Source: Promethearchaeota archaeon
GTDB lineage: Archaea; Asgardarchaeota; Lokiarchaeia; Sigyniarchaeales; SOKP01
Reading direction: 5' to 3'
Length of the DNA: 23,545 bases
NCBI GenBank assembly: GCA_019058245.1
Contig: JAHPZJ010000012.1
Location: 5,544-29,088, forward strand
The position numbers and the translations under genes were made by a program. Under the pieces are notes generated by a model. That model was not told where the DNA came from. It saw only the letters and a program-made list of their open reading frames with translations, and did no database searches. Of the stretch, positions 8,182 to 15,688 are shown in pieces (the stretch's first letter is position 1; the number at the start of each line of letters is the position of its first letter).

Positions 8182-8994
8182 ATGATGCTAGCTAATAAAA
8201 GCAATATACAAAAATTATTAGAAAAGAAAGTTTTTTTTTTTGACTTAGATGGGACTCTTTATTTAGGGGATAATTTATTCAAAGGAGTTCCTAGAGTAAT
8301 TGAACTTATAAAGAAAAATAATAAGCTCTTCTTTTTTCTTTCAAATAATTCGAGCAGATCTACATCTGATTACATCAAAAAATTAACCAATTTTAATCTT
8401 AATATTACTATTGAGAATATTATACTTTCTCAACATCCTACTATTGACTTTTTAAAAAAAAACAAATATCATAAAATCTTCTTAATGGGAACAACTTCGC
8501 TTAAGAAAGAATTTGAACAGGATGGTTTTGAATTAACTGAGAAGAATCCTGAAATACTTGTCCTTGCTTTTGATCAAGAATTGACATATGAACGTTTAGT
8601 TAAAGCAACTAAATTTTTACTTAATGATATCCCTTATGTAGCGACTCATCCAGATGATAGATGTCCTACTGAAGATGGTTATATACCAGATGCAGGAGGA
8701 ATAGCAGCTTTATTAAAAAAAGCGACAGGGCGAGAACCAAAAGTTTTTGGAAAACCTAATAAAGATATGATTCTTTTTAAATTAGCTCAATTGGGTATTG
8801 CACCTAAAGACGCTGTTTTATTTGGGGATAGATTATATACAGATATAAAAATGGGTAAGGAAGCAGGAGTGACAACTTGCTGTGTATTATCGGGTGAAAC
8901 AACTATAGAAATGATAAAAAAGAGCGAAATAAAACCAGATTTTATTATAAATGGAATTTGGGACCTTCTAAGAGAAGTAAAGGAGACCTCCTAA
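8182..8994 (+). CDS. HAD-superfamily class IIA phosphatase (NagD-like)
   Basis: FDLDGTLY motif I, SNNSSRS motif II, GKP motif III and GDRLYTDI motif IV. Confidence 0.92.
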   Translation: MMLANKSNIQKLLEKKVFFFDLDGTLYLGDNLFKGVPRVIELIKKNNKLFFFLSNNSSRSTSDYIKKLTNFNLNITIENIILSQHPTIDFLKKNKYHKIFLMGTTSLKKEFEQDGFELTEKNPEILVLAFDQELTYERLVKATKFLLNDIPYVATHPDDRCPTEDGYIPDAGGIAALLKKATGREPKVFGKPNKDMILFKLAQLGIAPKDAVLFGDRLYTDIKMGKEAGVTTCCVLSGETTIEMIKKSEIKPDFIINGIWDLLREVKETS

Positions 8995-8997
8995 GGG

Positions 8998-9042
8998 AAG
9001 TAAATTAGACCTTATAAGAAAAGTAAATTAGAAATAATTAGA
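8998..9042. repeat. Short direct repeat AAGTAAATTAGA x2 plus degenerate third copy
   Basis: Exact 12-mers at 8998..9009 and 9021..9032, AATAATTAGA at 9033..9042, and palindrome CTTATAAG (9011..9018) in the spacer. Confidence 0.6.
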
Positions 9043-9204
9043 TATTTTGTTCTTGAAATACCATTTTTCGAAAATTTTATTTCAATACAGAGATTATTAT
9101 CTTCACAGAACTTCTTTAAATTTATGTACAAAAAGTATAAAAATTAAGAGATTTGTTTTTATTTAAATGCAACTTGATGATTATAGAGATTTAGGTATAA
9201 AAAA

Positions 9205-11898
9205 ATGACAAACAATGAAAATAAAAAGTTTATCTATGATTTTAGTGAAGGAAATAAGGATCTAAAAAATCTTCTTGGAGGTAAAGGTGCTAATCTAGCG
9301 GAAATGACTAAATTAGGGCTTAATATTCCACCAGGATTTACAATAACAACTGAAGCATGTTTACTTTATTTTGGTAATCCCGAAAAAATAATGGGAATAC
9401 TAAAACCTAAAATTGTAGAATATTTACAGACTTTAGAGAAAAATACGGGAAAGAAATTTGGAGATAATAAAAATCCATTATTAGTTTCTGTTCGATCAGG
9501 TGCACCAATGAGTATGCCTGGAATGATGGATACTGTTCTGAATTTAGGATTAAATGACGTAAGTGTAATGGGAGTAGCCGAACAAACAGAAAATCCTCGT
9601 TTTTCTTATGATTCTTTTCGAAGATTTATTCAGATGTTTGGAGATGTAGTGATGGGGATAGGGGATGCGAAATTTGAGAGAATCTTAAATAAATATAAAA
9701 GAGCTATTGACAGAAATGCTCAAGATACTGATTTAGGAGTAATTGATTTACAAAAAATAATAGCGGATTTTAAAGCACTCTATGAAAAAGAAATTGGTAC
9801 CCTTTTCCCCCAAGATCCATTTCAACAATTATTTTTGGCGATTGAAGCAGTCTTTAAATCTTGGAATAATAAGAGAGCTATTACATATCGGAAAATCAAT
9901 AATATACCTGATTTTGGTACAGCTGTTAATATTCAAGCGATGGTATTTGGAAATAAAGGTTGGAATTCAGCTACGGGTGTAGCTTTTACAAGAGATCCAT
10001 CAACTGGGGAGAATAGGAAATTTGGTGAATACTTAACAAATGCACAAGGAGAAGATGTAGTTGCAGGAATAAGAACGCCTAAAAAATTAGAAGAAATGGC
10101 AGATGAGTTTCCAGAAATTTATAAGGAATTATTGAATACAATGGAAAAATTAGAAGTTCACTATAGAGATATGCAAGATATTGAATTTACAATAGAAGAT
10201 GGTAAATTAAATATATTACAAACTAGAAATGGGAAAAGAACACCTTCAGCAGCAGTAAAAATTGCAGTTGATATGGTTAAAGAAGGCTTATTATCCAAAA
10301 AAGAAGCGATAATGAGTATTGATCCGAATAAAGTGGCGAAATTATTATTCAAAAGTATTGATGAAAATTCAATTGTTCATGTTTTAGCACATGGGATTAA
10401 TGCATCTCCAGGAGCGGTTTCTGGGATTGCTGTTTTTGATTCTGATAGAGCTGAAGCATTAGCACATCAAGAACAAAAAGAAATTATATTAGTACGTCCA
10501 CAAACAAAACCAGAAGATGTTCATGGTCTATATGCATCAGCTGGCGTTTTAACTCAATTTGGTGGAAAAACTTCGCACGCTGCAGTGGTAGCAAGAGGGA
10601 TGGGTAAACCCGCTGTTGTTGGCGCCCAAGATATAGAAATTGACGAAGAAAATAGAGAATTTAGAGTAGCTGAAATGGTAATTAAAGAAGGAGATATGAT
10701 AACTATTGATGGAACAACAGGAAGCATTATTGAGGGAAAAGTTCCTCTTGTTGAACCCGAAATAAAAGGCGAATTTTTAGAATTATTACAAATGGCAGAT
10801 GATCTAAAAAGATTAGGTGTTAGGGCTAATGCAGATACACCCATTGATGCTAAAAAAGCTTTAGAATTTGGAGCACAGGGAATTGGACTTTGTAGAACAG
10901 AACATATGTTCATGGCACAAGATCGACTTCCCACAGTTCAAAATATGATCATGGCTAGAACAACAGAAGATCGTCAAGATGCCCTTAATAAAATTTTACC
11001 TTGGCAAAAACAAGATTTTTATGAAATTTTTAAAATAATGGAAGGAAAACCAGTGACCATAAGATTATTAGATCCTCCATTACATGAATTTTTACCTGAG
11101 CTCTCTACAATGCTATTAGAAAGTCAAGAGTTTAAAATGACAAATGCTTTATCTAGGGCTTTATTAGATTCAAGTCCTTTAGATAAAGAAATTAAGAAAA
11201 AGAATAAAGTTATCTCTTTAATTAGGTCACTCTCTGAAGAAAATCCTATGATGGGGTTAAGAGGCTGTAGATTAGGGATTGTGTGGCCTGAAATTAATGA
11301 AATGCAAGTAAAAGCTATTTTTCAAGCAGCTTGCGAATTAAAACTTGAAGGAATTAATGTAATACCAGAAGTTATGATTCCTTTAGTAGGAATGATCTCT
11401 GAATTACAATTAGTAAAATCACAGCTGATGGAAGTAGCTTTAGAAACAATACAAAAATATGGTGTAGATTTAGAATATAAATTTGGAACGATGATCGAAA
11501 TTCCAAGAGCCGCTTTAACAGCAGATGAAATTGCTATAGAAGCAGAATTCTTTTCTTTTGGAACAAATGACTTAACTCAAATGACATTTGGGTTCTCTAG
11601 AGATGATGCTGAGGGTAAATTTCTTCCAATCTACTTGAATAAAGAAATTTTAGAAAATAATCCTTTTGAAATTCTTGATCAAGCTGGTGTTGGAAAATTA
11701 ATGAAACTCGCAATAAAGCTAGGTAAAAAAACCAGACCAGAATTAAAAACCGGAATTTGTGGAGAACATGGAGGAGAACCTAGCTCAATTAAGTTTGCTC
11801 ATTCAATAGGATTGGATTATGTATCATGCTCCCCTTTTAGAATCCCTGTTGCTAGAATTGCCTCAGCTCAAGCTGCAATTGGAGAGAAAAAAGACTAA
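9205..11898 (+). CDS. ppdK: Pyruvate, phosphate dikinase
   Basis: LGGKGANLAEM, PLLVSVRSGA, SMPGMMDT, NAQGEDVVAGIRTP, GGKTSHAAVVAR (phospho-His), GIGLCRTEHMF, SFGTNDLTQ and GICGEHGG. Confidence 0.97.
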   Translation: MTNNENKKFIYDFSEGNKDLKNLLGGKGANLAEMTKLGLNIPPGFTITTEACLLYFGNPEKIMGILKPKIVEYLQTLEKNTGKKFGDNKNPLLVSVRSGAPMSMPGMMDTVLNLGLNDVSVMGVAEQTENPRFSYDSFRRFIQMFGDVVMGIGDAKFERILNKYKRAIDRNAQDTDLGVIDLQKIIADFKALYEKEIGTLFPQDPFQQLFLAIEAVFKSWNNKRAITYRKINNIPDFGTAVNIQAMVFGNKGWNSATGVAFTRDPSTGENRKFGEYLTNAQGEDVVAGIRTPKKLEEMADEFPEIYKELLNTMEKLEVHYRDMQDIEFTIEDGKLNILQTRNGKRTPSAAVKIAVDMVKEGLLSKKEAIMSIDPNKVAKLLFKSIDENSIVHVLAHGINASPGAVSGIAVFDSDRAEALAHQEQKEIILVRPQTKPEDVHGLYASAGVLTQFGGKTSHAAVVARGMGKPAVVGAQDIEIDEENREFRVAEMVIKEGDMITIDGTTGSIIEGKVPLVEPEIKGEFLELLQMADDLKRLGVRANADTPIDAKKALEFGAQGIGLCRTEHMFMAQDRLPTVQNMIMARTTEDRQDALNKILPWQKQDFYEIFKIMEGKPVTIRLLDPPLHEFLPELSTMLLESQEFKMTNALSRALLDSSPLDKEIKKKNKVISLIRSLSEENPMMGLRGCRLGIVWPEINEMQVKAIFQAACELKLEGINVIPEVMIPLVGMISELQLVKSQLMEVALETIQKYGVDLEYKFGTMIEIPRAALTADEIAIEAEFFSFGTNDLTQMTFGFSRDDAEGKFLPIYLNKEILENNPFEILDQAGVGKLMKLAIKLGKKTRPELKTGICGEHGGEPSSIKFAHSIGLDYVSCSPFRIPVARIASAQAAIGEKKD

Positions 11899-12009
11899 AT
11901 TAATAACATCTCTTTTTATTACCACAAAAAATATTGAAAATTCTATTTTCGTAAATGTTTTATCGATTTAACTATTTACTAATTTATATTCTGTTTAGTG
12001 AAAAAAGCT

Positions 12010-13116
12010 ATGGTCTTAACTTTAGATGAAAGTATTGCATTATTGGAAGAAGTAGGAGAAGAGATTATTGAATTAGATGAATTAAAAGATATGTTTCAAT
12101 GGAAAATAGATCACGATGAAAATTTATATGCCTATGATGGATTTGAGCCTTCTGGTAATATTCATATAGCTCAAGGACTTTTAAGGGCCATTAATGTAAA
12201 TAAAATAACAAAAGCTGGAATTAGATTCAAATTTTTAGTAGCAGATTGGCATGCTGCAGCTAATAAAAAATTTGGCGGAAATTTAGAAGTAATAAAGAAA
12301 GTTGGAGATTTTTTTATTGAACTTTGGAAAGTCTGTGGTATGGATTTGAGTAAAATAGAGTTTATTTATGCTTCAGATTTAGTAAAAGATCCTAAATATT
12401 GGGAATTAGTACTAAAAATTGGTATACAAACCACTCTAAAACGAATAAAAAGATGCACGCAAATAATGGGAAGAAGTGAATCAGATAAATTGTACGCTTC
12501 ACAAATATTATATCCATTAATGCAAACTGCTGACATTTTTTATCTTCCAGCAGATATCTGTCAACTGGGAATGGATCAAAGAAAAGTAAATATGTTAGCA
12601 AGAGAAGTTGCAAAAAAGTTAAATAAACCAAAACCAGTTGCGATTCATCATCACATGTTAATGGGTTTAAAAGCCCCTTCTACAGAGTTATCTGGAATTG
12701 ACAGAGCAATTGATATTAAGATGTCCAAGTCTGATCCTGATTCATCAATATTTATGTTAGATTCTCCTAATGATGTGAAACGTAAGATCAATAAAGCTTA
12801 TTGCCCACCTAAACAGATTGAAGAAAACCCTATTTTAGAATACTGTAAATATATCATATTTGAACTAATTGATGTTTTTAAAATTGAACGTCCTGAAAAA
12901 TATGGTGGAGATATAACATATAATTCCTATGAAGATTTGGAAAAAGAATATTCCGAAGGTAAGGTTAACCCACCAGATTTAAAACCAGCTGTAGCTAAAT
13001 ATATTAACCAGTTTTTAGAACCTGTTATAGAACATTTTAAAAGTGATGTTCATGCAAAAAAAATATATCAATTTGTTCAAAACGCATATAATAAATATAA
13101 AACAAATGAAAAATAA
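12010..13116 (+). CDS. tyrS: Tyrosine--tRNA ligase (archaeal/eukaryotic type, HIAQ variant)
   Basis: YDGFEPSG, HIAQG (HIGH equivalent), ADWHA, YPLMQTADI, GMDQRK and KMSKS. Start is ATG 12010 or GTG 11998. Confidence 0.96.
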   Translation: MVLTLDESIALLEEVGEEIIELDELKDMFQWKIDHDENLYAYDGFEPSGNIHIAQGLLRAINVNKITKAGIRFKFLVADWHAAANKKFGGNLEVIKKVGDFFIELWKVCGMDLSKIEFIYASDLVKDPKYWELVLKIGIQTTLKRIKRCTQIMGRSESDKLYASQILYPLMQTADIFYLPADICQLGMDQRKVNMLAREVAKKLNKPKPVAIHHHMLMGLKAPSTELSGIDRAIDIKMSKSDPDSSIFMLDSPNDVKRKINKAYCPPKQIEENPILEYCKYIIFELIDVFKIERPEKYGGDITYNSYEDLEKEYSEGKVNPPDLKPAVAKYINQFLEPVIEHFKSDVHAKKIYQFVQNAYNKYKTNEK

Positions 13117-13145
13117 AAGAAAGAAATTGATTAGTTGTTATAAAC

Positions 13146-14621
13146 GTGTCAAATAATAAAACAGTTGATATTTTTTTAAATCCAAAATCCGTAGCTGTAA
13201 TTGGAGCATCCAAGAACCCAATGAAAGGAGGACATCGAATTGTATATAACCTTGTTAATAATAACTATAAAGGGAGAATTTATCCTATCAATCCAAACTC
13301 AGAAGGAGAATTATTGGGATTGAATTTCAATAAATCAGTTTTGGATATTGAGGAGAAAATAGATTTAGCAATCTTTTACGTTCCAAATCATAGAATTCCA
13401 CAATTATTGGAGGAATGTATTCAGAAAAAGATTCGAGGAGCAATGATCGAAGCTTCTGGGTTTGAAGAAGTTGGTGAGAAAGGTCTTGAGATAAAAGAGC
13501 AGATTCTAAAGATCACAGACAATTTTTCAAAAATTAGAATAATGGGACCAAATTGCATGGGTCTTACTCGAATTGATGGAGATAGTGATGCTGGGGACAA
13601 TGAAAGAGGAGGATTCTTTACAAGCTTTGGTGTCTTTTCTACTTATAAAAGAGGAAATATTGCCATAATCAGTCAATCTGGAATGCTGAATGGTGGATAT
13701 TTGATGTATATTATGGAAAAATACCCCGAGTTAGGAATTAGATATTCCTGTTCAATTGGAAATAAAATGGATTTAAATGAAACTGACTTTTTAGAATACT
13801 TTATAGAAGATATTACTGTTAATGTCATTGCGGTATATCTTGAATCTTTCAAGAATCCGAGAAAATTTATCAATTTATGTAAGAAAGTGAGAAAAATACC
13901 AAATAAGACAATTATTCTCGTGAAAGGTGGAATTACCTCACAAGGTCAAAAAGCTACTTTAAGCCATACAGGAGCAATGGCAGAAAATTCACAATTAATT
14001 AACGCGATTATAGCACAATCTGGGGTAATTCAAGCAAAAGATTTTGATGAGTTATTTCAGTTTGCCCGAACATTTTCAATGATGTACAATGAAAATAAAG
14101 TTATGCCTAAATATGGAAACGTTTCTCTAGTTACAGGATCGGGAGGTGCAGGTACTGTTGTTGCAGATATTACTGCGCAGTATGGTTTAAAGTTCCCTAA
14201 TTTTAATGATAAGGAATATGATATATTAGTAGATCTATATCCAGAATGGATGCCCCCTAATCGATTTGCTCTTATTGATTTTTGGCCAGCAATGGAAAAA
14301 GCTATGACGAAGAATAATAACCGGGATGAAGTTATAAATGAAGTATTTGAGCTTTTATTAAATGATGAGAAAGTAGAGGGTATGTTAAACATGTTATTTT
14401 GCGCGAGACGTTTTGGAGGGCTTCCTGATTATAAAAAATTTGTTAAAACTATCAATGATGGTTCAAAACCTGTATTCTTTTGGCTAATTGGAGAAGTTGA
14501 GTCAGTTCAAGAAGTATCTAAATATATGGCACAAAATAATATACCTACATTTCCAACCATAGAAGAAATGATAAAAAATTTCAAAATTTTAGTTCAAGAT
14601 TCTAAAAATAAAAATTATTAA
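13146..14621 (+). CDS. CoA-binding protein / ADP-forming acyl-CoA synthetase alpha subunit-like
   Basis: PKSVAVIGAS, IYPINP, SGFEE, GPNCMG, SQSG, SIGNKMD, YLES, SHTGA (phospho-His) and SGGAG. No ATP-grasp domain. GTG start. Confidence 0.87.
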   Translation: MSNNKTVDIFLNPKSVAVIGASKNPMKGGHRIVYNLVNNNYKGRIYPINPNSEGELLGLNFNKSVLDIEEKIDLAIFYVPNHRIPQLLEECIQKKIRGAMIEASGFEEVGEKGLEIKEQILKITDNFSKIRIMGPNCMGLTRIDGDSDAGDNERGGFFTSFGVFSTYKRGNIAIISQSGMLNGGYLMYIMEKYPELGIRYSCSIGNKMDLNETDFLEYFIEDITVNVIAVYLESFKNPRKFINLCKKVRKIPNKTIILVKGGITSQGQKATLSHTGAMAENSQLINAIIAQSGVIQAKDFDELFQFARTFSMMYNENKVMPKYGNVSLVTGSGGAGTVVADITAQYGLKFPNFNDKEYDILVDLYPEWMPPNRFALIDFWPAMEKAMTKNNNRDEVINEVFELLLNDEKVEGMLNMLFCARRFGGLPDYKKFVKTINDGSKPVFFWLIGEVESVQEVSKYMAQNNIPTFPTIEEMIKNFKILVQDSKNKNY

Positions 14622-14630
14622 ATTTACATT

Positions 14631-15260
14631 ATGGTTCGAATATTATGCATTGGAGATTCTCATATTCCTAATCGAGCAAAAGATCTACCTGAGCAAATAT
14701 ATAAGCAAATAAATGATTTAACTCAAAATGAACTCTATGATGACATTTTTTTTACTGGAGATTTAATAAATTTTCCAGAATTACTTGATTTTTTAAGCTT
14801 GAAAAGCAAAAGTAAATTATTTAAAGTTATAGGAAATATGGACTATTATTATGGGAATCGGGATTTACCTACTTATCAAAAATTAGATATTTTATATGAA
14901 AATAGTGAAAAATTAACAATAGGTTTAACTCACGGAGCACAAATAAAACCACGAGGAGATCATGATCAATTAGAAGAACTTACTATTCAAAAAAAATATA
15001 ATATTTTGGTTTCAGGACACACACATAAAGAAGAAGTATTTCTAACGAGTAAAGGTATCTTATTAATTAATCCAGGTAGCGTTACTGGAGCATGGTCGTT
15101 TTTAGCAAGTGGAATTCCTTCTTTTATAGAATTATTTATTGACAAACGAACAAAGAAAATTAATGTAAATTTGTTTCAGATAAATAGAAAAACAAGAGAA
15201 ATAAACACTTCTCTTTCATATTTTATTTTTAAAAACGATCAGATACATAAAAATGGCTGA
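14631..15260 (+). CDS. Vps29/YfcE(MJ0936)-like metallophosphoesterase
   Basis: GDSHIPNR, TGDL, GNMD, THG, PRGD, SGHTH, INPGSVTGAW and PSF. Confidence 0.88.
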   Translation: MVRILCIGDSHIPNRAKDLPEQIYKQINDLTQNELYDDIFFTGDLINFPELLDFLSLKSKSKLFKVIGNMDYYYGNRDLPTYQKLDILYENSEKLTIGLTHGAQIKPRGDHDQLEELTIQKKYNILVSGHTHKEEVFLTSKGILLINPGSVTGAWSFLASGIPSFIELFIDKRTKKINVNLFQINRKTREINTSLSYFIFKNDQIHKNG

Positions 15261-15337
15261 TTTTTTCAAAAAAATATACTCACTCTAAAATAACTCTTTT
15301 ATAAGATTTTCGTAAAATTTCACTATAGTCTATTTTC

Positions 15338-15351
15338 TTATCAATTGATAA
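15338..15351. repeat. Perfect 14-bp palindrome TTATCAATTGATAA
   Basis: Self-complementary sequence in the intergenic region upstream of the LRR gene. Function unknown. Confidence 0.5.
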
Positions 15352-15688
15352 TTATAAGAATCCTCATTTAATATACCCTAATCTATTCTTGTTATATCTA
15401 TAATGGACTTTTTTATTATCTAATCTAATATAAGATCCGAAATGTTTGATGCTTTCTTTTAGTTCTTTTAAAGCCGATTTCTATATTCTTTATATTATAC
15501 TTATGATGGAAATTACTTTGTTTTTTAAATTGAATATTTCTAATATATCTTCTTGTTTTTTGATAGGAATAATTTATATTTACTTACATTTCTTGAAATA
15601 TTAAACATAAATATGAGCACATTATATTATTTTTTAAAGCATCACTATTTTTTTTTCTAAATTAGTATTAATTAAAAATAGAAAAAAA

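Noticed and set aside
9065-9074. Palindrome TTTTCGAAAA upstream of ppdK
   Set aside because: Short and low-complexity; expected by chance at this AT content.
9782-10934. Three short ORFs inside ppdK
   Set aside because: Shadow frames of a highly conserved gene.
12392-14392. Antisense ORFs in tyrS and the CoA-binding gene
   Set aside because: Shadow frames without recognisable motifs.
15258-15293. Selenocysteine/readthrough at TGA stops of the Vps29-like gene (and aor at 8108..8110)
   Set aside because: Both proteins are complete at the TGA, T-tracts and in-frame stops follow shortly, and no SECIS-like hairpin was recognised.
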